Shown: positions 28,248-39,079 of the stretch, piece after piece
Numbering within the stretch: position 1 is the first letter of the stretch
How the letters are laid out: each line of letters starts with the position of its first letter
Source: Longimicrobiales bacterium
GTDB taxonomy: Bacteria; Gemmatimonadota; Gemmatimonadetes; Longimicrobiales; Gaopeijiaceae
Assembly (NCBI GenBank): GCA_965202985.1
Contig: CBDBCF010000001.1
Span: 352,001 to 416,000 of the forward strand
DNA: 64,000 nt
Direction of reading: 5' to 3'
Notes under the pieces: model-generated
What the model was told of the DNA's origin: nothing
Databases searched by the model: none
The model's input: the letters and a program-made list of their open reading frames with translations, nothing else
Position numbers and translations under genes: made by a program

Positions 28248-30586
28248 GATTCGCCTCCTTGCCAGCGCCGCTGGGCTCGGCGCTCGCGGCCCGCGACCCG
28301 CGCGAACCCGAAGGCGACGAACAGCAGCGGCACGCCCGCCAACGACGCCCACTTGAAGGCGCTCTGCCTGATCTCGGACTCGAAGACGAGCGCGGGCGGA
28401 CTGCGGTCCTTGGACCGAATGCCGATCAGCGCCTCGTCCTGGGCCAGCCAGTCCACGGCGTTGGCGGCGAAGATCACGTTCTGCGGGTTCGCCTGGGCGA
28501 AGCGGTCCTCCAGGAAGTCGCCGTCGCCCACGGCCACGATGCGGCCGCCGGGCCGCGCTTCCGAGCCGCCGCTCGAGCCGCCGTCGTCCGCCGCCGAGTC
28601 CGCATCGTCCGCTTCCGCCCGTGCCTCGTTGCCGTCCGCGGGACCGCCGCCGTTGTCCGCCTCGCCGTCCTCCGCCAAGCTCGGATCCACGGCGACCGCA
28701 AGCACCTGCACGCCCAGCTCGTCCTGTTCGACGGCGATCTCCATGCTGGGATCGATCATGGAACCGGCCGGACGGGCGCCGCCGTACTCGGTGGTGGTCC
28801 AGAGCGGCGCCACCGCCGGATCGCCCTCGTCCCACGTGAACGGCGCGGCCCAGCCGAAGGTCACGTTCTGCAAGTCGCGCGTGGTGGCGTGCGCTCCGCC
28901 GGGGAACGACACGGGCCAGAACGGGTACGGGCGAATCACGCTGAAGATGCCCTGCCGCCCCACGTTCACGTTCTCGGCCGATCGCAGGTCGAACGCCAAG
29001 CCGCTCTCGGCGTCCACCCCCCGCGCTTCCACGAGGTCCTCCAAGCCCGTCTCGACCGGCGTGGACATGGGGGCCTGCGGGTTGAGGACGTGGCGCTCCA
29101 TGAGGAACAAGGCCGCGCCGCCCGCATCCAAGTACGCGTCCACGGCGTCCGCCACCTCCGGGGCCACCGCCTGCGCGGGCGCCGCCGCCACCAGCACGTC
29201 GATGGAATCGGGGCGAAGCGCCCCCGCCGAGTCGTCCTCGACCCGCAGGCTGGTCACGTGGTAGCGGTCGGCGATGCTCTCCCGGAAGGTGCGGTAGTGG
29301 AAGGGCGACTTGGCTTCGGCGTCGGTCATGAACGCCACGACGGGCTTCCGCTGCATGGTCATGGCCGCCACCGACGACACCAGCCGGAACTCCAAGTCGT
29401 CGGCCCGATCCAGCACGGGGATCGTCTCCTGCTCGTCGGCGTAGGTCATGGCCAAGCCGAAGTAGCCGCGCTTGACCTGGAATTCGTCGTCGCGCAGCAC
29501 GTTGAACTCGATGGGGGAGATGCCCAGCGACCGGGCCTCTTCGTCGGCCGCCTCGTCGTCGTCAGGGTTGATCTCCTGGGCGGCGAGCATCCCGTTGGAA
29601 GCGGTCTCCAGGTCGGCCACCAAGTCCCGCACGTCGCGGAGTATCAGCTGGACCTCGGGCGGCAGGTCGTCGCTGACGAAGAGCTTCAGGCTCACGACGT
29701 CGTCCAGGTCGCCCAGGATCTCCCGGCTGCCGTCGGACAGCGTGAACAGGTTGTTTCGGGTCAGGTCGAAGCGACCTCGGACGTGGCCGCCCAGAAGGTT
29801 GAGCACCAGGACGCCCAAGGCGATGACGCCGGCGCCTGCCCGGAGTCGTCGGAACGCGCCGCCCTCGCGGCTCAGGCGCTCCCGCCCCAGGGCCGCCACC
29901 GCGAGCAGCAGGAAGAGCCCGCAGGTGGAGGCGAAGTAGAGCAGGTCCCGCAGGTCCACCACGCCCCTGGCCACGTTCTCGAAGTGGCTGATCACCGACA
30001 GCTGGGAGGCCCACGCGCCCAGCATCCGGGGCAGGCCGATCTGGACCACGGGGGTGCCGATCAGCACCAGCAGGAAGCACGTGAACGCGCCGAAGATGAA
30101 CGCCGTTATCTGGTTGCGGGTCATCGACGACGCCCACAGCCCGACGGCCGTCATCTGGGCCGCCAGAAGCGCGGCGCCGGCGTACTGGGCGAAGATGATC
30201 CCCGGGTCCGCCTCGGACGCCAGCCAGACGCCGACGGCCATCGGAAGGGTGCCGGCCAGCGTGACCATGACGAACGCCCAGTTGCCCAGGAACTTGCCGG
30301 TCACGATCTCGGCCTCGCTCAGCGGCTGGGCCAGCAGCCACTCCAGCGTTCGGCTGCGACGCTCCTCGGCCAGGCTCTTCATGGCCACCGCGGGCACGAA
30401 CACCACGTACAGCCACGGCAGCAGGTCGAAGAACGGGCGCAGCGTGGCCCGGCCCATGGCGAAGAGCGACCGGAACGACAGGTAGAGGCCCAGGCCCAGG
30501 AACGCCACGGCCAGCACGTACGCCGTGGGCTGGTCGAAGAAGCTCCGGAGCTCGCGGCGGGCCACCAGCAGGGTCTGCTTGATCAT
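28244..30586 (-). CDS. GldF-GldG-type ABC permease/auxiliary fusion
   Basis: RRELRSFF, AEERRSRTLEWLL, RFDLTRNNLFTLS, VGDGDFL, NAVDWL. Confidence 0.9.
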   Translation of the reverse strand: MIKQTLLVARRELRSFFDQPTAYVLAVAFLGLGLYLSFRSLFAMGRATLRPFFDLLPWLYVVFVPAVAMKSLAEERRSRTLEWLLAQPLSEAEIVTGKFLGNWAFVMVTLAGTLPMAVGVWLASEADPGIIFAQYAGAALLAAQMTAVGLWASSMTRNQITAFIFGAFTCFLLVLIGTPVVQIGLPRMLGAWASQLSVISHFENVARGVVDLRDLLYFASTCGLFLLLAVAALGRERLSREGGAFRRLRAGAGVIALGVLVLNLLGGHVRGRFDLTRNNLFTLSDGSREILGDLDDVVSLKLFVSDDLPPEVQLILRDVRDLVADLETASNGMLAAQEINPDDDEAADEEARSLGISPIEFNVLRDDEFQVKRGYFGLAMTYADEQETIPVLDRADDLEFRLVSSVAAMTMQRKPVVAFMTDAEAKSPFHYRTFRESIADRYHVTSLRVEDDSAGALRPDSIDVLVAAAPAQAVAPEVADAVDAYLDAGGAALFLMERHVLNPQAPMSTPVETGLEDLVEARGVDAESGLAFDLRSAENVNVGRQGIFSVIRPYPFWPVSFPGGAHATTRDLQNVTFGWAAPFTWDEGDPAVAPLWTTTEYGGARPAGSMIDPSMEIAVEQDELGVQVLAVAVDPSLAEDGEADNGGGPADGNEARAEADDADSAADDGGSSGGSEARPGGRIVAVGDGDFLEDRFAQANPQNVIFAANAVDWLAQDEALIGIRSKDRSPPALVFESEIRQSAFKWASLAGVPLLFVAFGFARVAGRERRAQRRWQGGES

Positions 30587-31572
30587 GAGGCGTCCTCCGG
30601 GTCCCCGTCGGTTGCGGGGTCGGCGGCGGCCGCCTCGGGGTCGGCCCCAGCCGGCTCCGCCGTCAGGTCGCGGAAGAGCTGCTCGAGGGTTTCTCGCTCC
30701 CGGCGCAACTCCCACAGCACCCAGCCGCTGGCCGCCGCCAGCTTGAAGATCTCGGGGCGCAGCTCGCTGTCGCCGCCGGTGTCCAGCTGCACCCGAACTC
30801 GACCGTTCACCGGCTCGGCGGCGTGCTCTCGAACGCCCGGCAGCGCCGCCAAGGCGTCGGACACGCCGTCGCCTTCGGCCTCCACGACGTAGCGCGCGCC
30901 CCGTCGGCGTTCGTTCATGAGTTCGGCCACCGTGCCGTCGGCGGCAATCGCACCCCGCGAGATCACGAGCAGGCGGTCGCAGGTGGCCTCCACCTCCTGC
31001 ATGACGTGCGTGCTCAAGATCACGGTGCGCTCGCTGCCCAGGGAGCTCACGAGCTTGCGGATCTCCACGCGCTGGTTGGGGTCGAGGCCTTCCGTGGGCT
31101 CGTCCAGCACCAGAATCTCCGGCTGGTGAAGGATGGCGCCGGCCATTCCCGTGCGTTGGCGGTAGCCCTTGGACAGCTCGGCGACGGGCCTGAAGAACAC
31201 GTCCGCCAACCCCGTTTCTTCAACGGCCCGGCCGATCCCGTCTCGCGCCTCGGCTTCGTCCATGCCCCGCAGCCGCGCCACGAACTCCAGGAACTCGCAG
31301 ACGAGCATGTCGTCGTACAAGGGGTTGGCCTCGGGCAGGTACCCCACGCGCGACTTCGCCCCGGTCAGGTCGTCGGCGATGGGCCGACCGTCGAACCGGA
31401 TCGCCCCTTCGTCGGGCTGGAGCGTGCCCGTCAACATCCTCATGGTCGTGGTCTTCCCGGCCCCGTTTGGTCCCAGAAAGCCGACGACCTCGCCACGGTC
31501 CACCTCGAAGCTGGCTTGGTCCACCGCCACGATCGAGCCGTAGCGCTTGGTCACCCCTTCGACGGAGATCAT
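30583..31572 (-). CDS. ABC transporter ATP-binding protein (GldA-like)
   Basis: GPNGAGKTT, LSKGYRQR, LDEPTEGLDP. Confidence 0.93.
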   Translation of the reverse strand: MISVEGVTKRYGSIVAVDQASFEVDRGEVVGFLGPNGAGKTTTMRMLTGTLQPDEGAIRFDGRPIADDLTGAKSRVGYLPEANPLYDDMLVCEFLEFVARLRGMDEAEARDGIGRAVEETGLADVFFRPVAELSKGYRQRTGMAGAILHQPEILVLDEPTEGLDPNQRVEIRKLVSSLGSERTVILSTHVMQEVEATCDRLLVISRGAIAADGTVAELMNERRRGARYVVEAEGDGVSDALAALPGVREHAAEPVNGRVRVQLDTGGDSELRPEIFKLAAASGWVLWELRRERETLEQLFRDLTAEPAGADPEAAAADPATDGDPEDAS

Positions 31573-31833
31573 CCTTCCTCCTGTGCCTCTGGTTGTCGTT
31601 CGTCAAGCTGATTGCCGGCGCCAATTGTAGGGTTTCGGGAAGGTCCTGTCCAGCGGACTTGCCCGAAGCGATGCCGGTGGCCAATCTGTTACCGGATCGT
31701 GCCGCGGATCGCCCGCGGCGCGGCTATCGTTCGTTGCCTGCGCCGGGTGGTGGCGGGCGCGACTTCCGGAACCCAGATTGTTCGCGAGGCGGCGCGCCTC
31801 TACGAACGCACCCAACTCGAGGAGGACGAGAGG

Positions 31834-34596
31834 ATGAAGATGAAGGTGGTTGGCCTGGCCGCTCTATTGGCGATTGCCGCCGTGCCCCTTGGCGCGGAAG
31901 CGCAACAGGCGGGATCGGTCACCGGGTCCGTCACGGCCAGCGGTTCCGCGGCGGCGAACGCCCAGGTGGTGCTGTCGCAGACCGAGACCGGGGCCCAGTA
32001 CGGCGGGCTCACCAACGCCGGCGGGCGCTACAACGTGGTGGGCGTGCCGGCGGGCGCCTACCAGGTCGTCGTCCAGGTGATCGGCTTTTCGGCCGAGCCC
32101 CAGGAGGCCGTGGTCGAACCCGGCGGCACGGTGGTTCTCGACTTCGACTTGATCTCGTCGGCGGTGTCGCTGGGCGGCATCGAGGTGCTCGCCGAGCGCG
32201 CGGAGGAGCGCCGGACGCCGGTGGCGTTCACGGACGTGTCCAAGGCACAGATTCAGACCCAGCTGGGCTCGCGGGACCTGCCGCTGGTGCTGAGCGTCAC
32301 GCCGTCGGTCTACTCGACGGCCCAGGGCGGAGGCGCCGGCGACGCGCGGATCAACGTTCGGGGGTTCAGCCAGCGGAACACGGCCGTGATGATCAACGGC
32401 GTGCCCGTCAACGACATGGAGAACGGCTGGGTCTACTGGTCCAACTGGGACGGCTTGGGCGACGCCGCCACGAGTATCCAGCTCCAGCGCGGACTCAGCG
32501 CGGTGAACCTGGCCACGCCGTCGATCGGGGGAACCCTGAACGTGATCACGGACCCGAGTCAGCAGCAGCCGGGCTACAACTTCAAGCAGGAGTTCGGCAG
32601 CGGAAACTTCCTGAAGACGACGATGACGGCGTCCACGGGCCCGATCGGCAAGTTCGCGCTTACGGCGTCGGGCGTGCGGAAGACCGGAGACGGCCTGATC
32701 GACGGGACCTGGACCGACGCGTGGTCCTACTACGTGGCGTCCCAGTACCGGCTCAGCGACGACAACCGGCTGGAGCTGTACGCGGTCGGCGCGCCGCAGC
32801 GCCACGGTCAGAACTTGTACAAGCTCAACCTGGCCACGCTGGACCGGGAGTTCGCAGCCAGCTTGGACGACTACGATCGCGGCGGCTTGGATCGGTTCTC
32901 GACCGAAGCGGGCCGCTATTGGAGCCCCAACGTGGGCGGCGTGAGCCCGTCGTACACCGGTCGCCAGTTCAACAGCACGGGTCCGGGCGCCGGCGTCTCC
33001 AGCCGCCACAGCCGGGACTTCATCAACGAACGGGAGAACTACTTCCACAAGCCCCAGGTCAACGTCAACTGGTACTCGTACTTGGGGAACGGCCTGACGA
33101 TGAACACCGTGGCCTACTACTCCGGCGGCAACGGCGGCGGCACCGGCACCTACGGCTCGCTGCGCTGGGACTATACGTACGGCCAGCGCTTCGCCGACTG
33201 GGACGCGACGATCGAGCGCAACCGAGGCAACGACAACGGCGCGTCTTCGGGCATCTTGCGCAACTCGGTGAACAACCAGGACACTTGGGGGGCCATCGCC
33301 AAGCTGCAGAAGGAGTTCGCCGGCGGGCTGACGACCGAGATCGGCGTGGACTGGCGGACCGCCACGATCGAGCACTACCGGGAGGTCCGGGACCTGCTGG
33401 GCGGCTCCTACTACAACGACTGCTTCCGGGGTTGCAGCTCCGACTTCTGGAGCGAGGCCGAGGGCGACCGAGGGCTGGGCGACAAGATCCACTACCACAA
33501 CGAGAACGACGTCAACTGGATCGGCGCACATCTGCAGGCGGAGAAGTCCTCGCAGGCCGGGTCGTTCTACGGGATGGTCGGCATGTCCAGAATCTCCTAC
33601 GACTTCACCGACTTCTTCAACCGGGGACCCGGCGGCGGCAACCTGCAGCTGAGCAGCGGGGGCATCACCGGCTACCAGCTCAAGGGCGGCGCCGTGCGCA
33701 ACTTGAACCCGGAGTGGTCGGTGTACGGCAACGTCGGACAGGTGTCCAAGGTGCCGATCTTCGACGGCGTGATCGACGACAACAACGGCGTCATGAACCG
33801 GGACCCGAAGAACGAGACGTTCCTTTCGTTCGAGGCGGGAACTCGATTCCGGTCGCTGAACCGACGTTTCTCGTTCGACGGCAACATCTACTTCACGCAG
33901 TGGAACGACCGGACCCGGAACCGGTTCGTCCCCAACCTGTTCGGCGAAGGCGAAGACGGATTGGTCAATCTGACGGGCGTCGACGCGCGCCACATGGGCG
34001 TGGAACTGGAAGGCGCCTTCCAGCCCGCCGACTACATGCGCTTCGACGCAGCCCTCTCCTGGGGCGACTGGAAGCACACCGACAACGCGTCGGGAAGCCT
34101 CAGGCCGGACGATCGGCAGTCGGAGACCATCGACTACACGTACTACATCAAGGACCTGTACGTGGGCGACGCGCCGCAGTTCCAGGTCGCCTACGCGCTC
34201 TCGCTGTTCCCGGCGGGCGGACTGTTCGTGCAAGCCGTGGGCAAGACCTTCGGAAAGCACTATGCGGACTACGATCCCTTCGGGCGCACTACGGACTTGG
34301 ACGAGGGCGTTCAGTCGTGGAGTCCGCCGGGGTACACGGTCTTCGACTTGCACGCTTCGTACCGTCTATCGCCGGAAGTCACTTCGATGTTCGGCGGAAA
34401 CGTTCGGCTGTTCCTGCACGTGTTCAACTTCTTCGACGCGGTCTACGTGCAGGACGCCGTCGACAACTCCCGCTACAACGGCTACTGGGACGACGCGGAG
34501 AGGGACCGAGGGTCGCTCAGCCACAAGGCCGACGACGCCGAAGTCTTCCTGGGCTACCCGCGTTCGCTGAACTTCGGCTTCCAGATCATGCACTGA
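31834..34596 (+). CDS. TonB-dependent receptor with N-terminal carboxypeptidase-regulatory-like domain
   Basis: Signal peptide, plug motif INVRGF...INGVP...IQLQRG, C-terminal PRSLNFGFQ. Confidence 0.92.
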   Translation: MKMKVVGLAALLAIAAVPLGAEAQQAGSVTGSVTASGSAAANAQVVLSQTETGAQYGGLTNAGGRYNVVGVPAGAYQVVVQVIGFSAEPQEAVVEPGGTVVLDFDLISSAVSLGGIEVLAERAEERRTPVAFTDVSKAQIQTQLGSRDLPLVLSVTPSVYSTAQGGGAGDARINVRGFSQRNTAVMINGVPVNDMENGWVYWSNWDGLGDAATSIQLQRGLSAVNLATPSIGGTLNVITDPSQQQPGYNFKQEFGSGNFLKTTMTASTGPIGKFALTASGVRKTGDGLIDGTWTDAWSYYVASQYRLSDDNRLELYAVGAPQRHGQNLYKLNLATLDREFAASLDDYDRGGLDRFSTEAGRYWSPNVGGVSPSYTGRQFNSTGPGAGVSSRHSRDFINERENYFHKPQVNVNWYSYLGNGLTMNTVAYYSGGNGGGTGTYGSLRWDYTYGQRFADWDATIERNRGNDNGASSGILRNSVNNQDTWGAIAKLQKEFAGGLTTEIGVDWRTATIEHYREVRDLLGGSYYNDCFRGCSSDFWSEAEGDRGLGDKIHYHNENDVNWIGAHLQAEKSSQAGSFYGMVGMSRISYDFTDFFNRGPGGGNLQLSSGGITGYQLKGGAVRNLNPEWSVYGNVGQVSKVPIFDGVIDDNNGVMNRDPKNETFLSFEAGTRFRSLNRRFSFDGNIYFTQWNDRTRNRFVPNLFGEGEDGLVNLTGVDARHMGVELEGAFQPADYMRFDAALSWGDWKHTDNASGSLRPDDRQSETIDYTYYIKDLYVGDAPQFQVAYALSLFPAGGLFVQAVGKTFGKHYADYDPFGRTTDLDEGVQSWSPPGYTVFDLHASYRLSPEVTSMFGGNVRLFLHVFNFFDAVYVQDAVDNSRYNGYWDDAERDRGSLSHKADDAEVFLGYPRSLNFGFQIMH

Positions 34597-34619
34597 GTCG
34601 GGCCGACGCCTGAACGAGC

Positions 34620-34660
34620 AAGGCCCCCGCGCCCGGCAAGGAGCTGGCGCGGGGGCCTTT
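34620..34660. terminator. GC-rich hairpin between convergent genes
   Basis: AAGGCCCCCGCGCC / GGCGCGGGGGCCTT 14-bp perfect stem. Confidence 0.75.
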
Positions 34661-34682
34661 GCGTTGCGCGTCCGCTACGCGG

Positions 34683-35411
34683 CTACTCGAGCTCCGCCGG
34701 GCGCCCGGGCTTTCGGCCCAGGACGGCAATCCGTCGCCGAAGCAGCGGAACGAAGCGCTGGCATGCGCGCTCGACGAGCCGAAGTCCGGGCAAGTGGGAC
34801 TCGGCGAAGTAGGTGCGTTCGATCTCGAACCCGGCGGCGGCGAGCAAGCTCTTCATGCGGGCCATGGACTTGTAGTCCACGTGGCTGGGGTCCCGCTTGA
34901 GCAGGATGTCGCGGTGCTTGAGGGCTTCCAAGAAGTGGGCGCGGCACGGCGTCCAAGCCCCTAGTCGCCCGCCCGGCTTCAGAACGCGAAACGCCTCGGC
35001 GGTCACCAACTCCGAGTCGTCGGGGTAGAGGTGCTCGAAGAGGTCGGCGGCCACCACAAGGTCGAAGCCGGCGGCGTCCAGCCCCGTGCGACGGGCGTCG
35101 CCGACCTGGAACCTCACGTTCGCGGTCCCGGCTTGGGTCAGCCTGCCGTTGCACTCGTCCACGGCGCGCTGCGAAAAGTCGATCCCCACGACCTCGCTTG
35201 CCCGGCGCGCCATGGCGTAGCTGATCGTTCCCCACCCGCACCCCAAATCCAGCACGCGGTCCGAAGGCGACGGCGCGCAGAGCTCCAGCACCTTGCGGAT
35301 TCGATAGCGCTGGAACGGGCTGGCGAAGTCCCGAAGGTGGGCAGCCCCTTCGAAGTATCCCGACTCGTCGTAGTACGCCCGACCTACGCGCTCGTCGGAA
35401 GGTCCTACCAG
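34683..35411 (-). CDS. Class I SAM-dependent methyltransferase (start uncertain: CTG 35411 or GTG 35291)
   Basis: [25 protein letters not shown]. Confidence 0.8.
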   Translation of the reverse strand: MVGPSDERVGRAYYDESGYFEGAAHLRDFASPFQRYRIRKVLELCAPSPSDRVLDLGCGWGTISYAMARRASEVVGIDFSQRAVDECNGRLTQAGTANVRFQVGDARRTGLDAAGFDLVVAADLFEHLYPDDSELVTAEAFRVLKPGGRLGAWTPCRAHFLEALKHRDILLKRDPSHVDYKSMARMKSLLAAAGFEIERTYFAESHLPGLRLVERACQRFVPLLRRRIAVLGRKPGRPAELE

Positions 35412-35710
35412 GAAGACTTCCTAACGCCGGGGATCAGGCCGTGAAGGGACATCTCCCGGAAGGCGATCCTGGAGATGCCGAACTTGCCGATGAAGCCCCG
35501 GGGACGGCCGGTGACCTGGCACCGGTTGCGGTATCGGACCGCCGCCGAGTCCCGCGGAAGCGCCTGGAGCTCGGCCATGGCCTCTCGCTTCTCGACGGGC
35601 GTGGCGTCCGGGTCCTTGACCACGGCCACGAGCTTGGCGCGCCGCTCGGCGTACTTGTCGATCATGCGCGTCCGCACCTTGTTCCTCTGAAGCTTGCCCT
35701 TCTTGGCCAT
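35405..35710 (-). CDS. rpsN: 30S ribosomal protein S14, 101-aa zinc-independent type
   Basis: MAKK...[22 protein letters not shown]...[11 protein letters not shown]...IPGVRKSSW; only one Cys. Confidence 0.96.
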   Translation of the reverse strand: MAKKGKLQRNKVRTRMIDKYAERRAKLVAVVKDPDATPVEKREAMAELQALPRDSAAVRYRNRCQVTGRPRGFIGKFGISRIAFREMSLHGLIPGVRKSSW

Positions 35711-35814
35711 GTCTCTCCGGTTCCGCTGCGCTGGTTCGCTGATTTCGCACGGCCCGGTCGTCTACGCTGGGCCAGTTCATGAACGTAAGGGGTGTGGGAC
35801 GCGGCCTCAAGGGG

Positions 35815-36630
35815 TCAGGCGACGTCGAACAGATCGCTCTGCTTTCCTCGGGCGTTGGACGGTCTGTACTTCCTGAGCGAGTAGAGGTCGCCGATTCCCA
35901 GGGTGGCAGCCCGGTCCAGAAGGCGCAGGAAGACGCGGGCCGTGGCCAGCGCGTCGCCGTACGCCCGATGCCGCTGGTGCACGGGAATGTCGAAGTGCTC
36001 GGACAGGGCGTCCAGGTTGTGGTTCGACAGGCCGGGCAGAAGGCGCCGGGCCAGCCGCACCGTGCAGAGCCGCTCCACCGTGGGGACGTCGCCCAGCACG
36101 TCCGCCAGAGTCGCCCGAAGCCAGCCCCAGTCGAAGGCGGCGCTGTGGGCGACGAAGACCCGGCCCTCGATGCGGCGGTAGACCTCTTCGGCCACCTCGT
36201 CGAATGAGGGGGCCGCGATCACCATCTCGGTGGTGATCCCCGTGAGGCGCTCGGTGGCGAAGGGCACGCGGCGCCCAGGGTTCAGCAGCGTTTGGAACTC
36301 GCCGGCCACGGCGCCGTCCCGCACATCCACGATCGCCAGCTCGGTCATGCGATGGCCGTTCCGGTAGCGTCCGCCCGTGGTCTCCACGTCCACGACCGCG
36401 TAGCGCAGGCTGGCCAGCGGCGCACCAGGCGGCGGACCCGGGTTGCCGCGAAGTCGCCACGTGTCCGCTTCGGCTTCGAAGCGGTCGTCGCCCGCCAGCA
36501 GGGCGGAAACGGCGGCGGTCGCGGCACGGGCGTTGCCGTTCATGCGAAGGATCCGCTTGGCCAGCTCGGTGGCGTGGAGCGGGCCGGTCCGGAGCGCCTC
36601 CCAGGCGTCTTGCAGGAGGGAGCGTTGCAA
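35815..36630 (-). CDS. DEDDh 3'-5' exonuclease (DNA Pol III epsilon-like)
   Basis: VVDVETTG, FVAHSAAFD, HRAYGDA. Confidence 0.88.
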   Translation of the reverse strand: MQRSLLQDAWEALRTGPLHATELAKRILRMNGNARAATAAVSALLAGDDRFEAEADTWRLRGNPGPPPGAPLASLRYAVVDVETTGGRYRNGHRMTELAIVDVRDGAVAGEFQTLLNPGRRVPFATERLTGITTEMVIAAPSFDEVAEEVYRRIEGRVFVAHSAAFDWGWLRATLADVLGDVPTVERLCTVRLARRLLPGLSNHNLDALSEHFDIPVHQRHRAYGDALATARVFLRLLDRAATLGIGDLYSLRKYRPSNARGKQSDLFDVA

Positions 36631-36653
36631 GCGTCGGGCGGCGGCGGCCCGCC

Positions 36654-37340
36654 TCAGGACCTGCCGGTCGGCAAAGGCGGTTGGGCGTCCGCGGGTTCGC
36701 GGCCGGCGACGGCGCTTCGGGTCAGCGCGTAGGACAAGCCTTCCAGCTCCAGGAGCATGCTCACGCTGCCCACGGCCACGTCCTCGGGCACGCGCAGCTG
36801 GACGGGCGCGTAGTTGAGGATCGCCTTGACGCCGGCGGACACGACCAGGTCCGCCACCTCCTGCGCCGCCGATGCGGGAACGGCGACGATGACCAGGTCG
36901 GTGCCGTCCTCCTCGATGGCTCGCTCCAGCTCGCGGGCGTGGCGGATGCGCACGTCGCCCAGGCGGCGGCCGGCCTTGGCGGGGTCGATGTCCACCACCG
37001 TCGTGATGGCGAAGCCGCGCTTGCGAAAGGGTTCGTACTCGAAGAGGGCCGTGCCGATCCGGCCTGCGCCCACCAGCGCCACCCGCCACACGGCGCCCAG
37101 TCCCAGGACATCGCGCAACACTCGCGTCAACTCGGCCACCGAGTAGCCCAGGCCGCGCTTCCCGAAGGAGCCCAAGTGGGACAGGTCCTTGCGAACTTGG
37201 GCCGCCGTGGTTCCCCCGTGTTCGGCCAGCACGCCGCTGGGCGCCGTGGTTACGCCGGCGCCGCCCAGTTCTTCCAGCGAACGCAGGTAGAGCGAAAACC
37301 GCCGCACCGTCCCGGCCGGGATCCTGTTCGCGGACCTCAC
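36654..37340 (-). CDS. rex: Redox-sensing repressor Rex
   Basis: RFSLYLR, QVRKDLSHLGSFGKRGLGY, VGAGRIG, ILNYAP. Confidence 0.95.
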   Translation of the reverse strand: MRSANRIPAGTVRRFSLYLRSLEELGGAGVTTAPSGVLAEHGGTTAAQVRKDLSHLGSFGKRGLGYSVAELTRVLRDVLGLGAVWRVALVGAGRIGTALFEYEPFRKRGFAITTVVDIDPAKAGRRLGDVRIRHARELERAIEEDGTDLVIVAVPASAAQEVADLVVSAGVKAILNYAPVQLRVPEDVAVGSVSMLLELEGLSYALTRSAVAGREPADAQPPLPTGRS

Positions 37341-37383
37341 GAGGTCGGGGAGTCGCCTTCCTGGGCCTGCCGCGCGCGCCCTC

Positions 37384-38904
<1,521 letters not shown>

Positions 38905-39079
38905 CGCTTCAGAATCCTCGTGGGGTAACTCGGCAGTCGTGCTTGGGCAGGGCGCTCCGGCTGGGCCCGGCAACCGGCCCGCTCGACTTCCAACCAGAGG
39001 CCGATGCCGACTCAGCGTAGCCGGTTCTTCTCCGCCAATCAAGGTTGGGCCGACGCAAACCCAGGCAGGAGGCCGCAAT

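Noticed and set aside
38905..39075. SAH or SAM riboswitch upstream of ahcY
   Set aside because: The leader is GC-rich and contains GGAGCGC, but I could not match the other consensus elements; needs an Infernal/Rfam scan.
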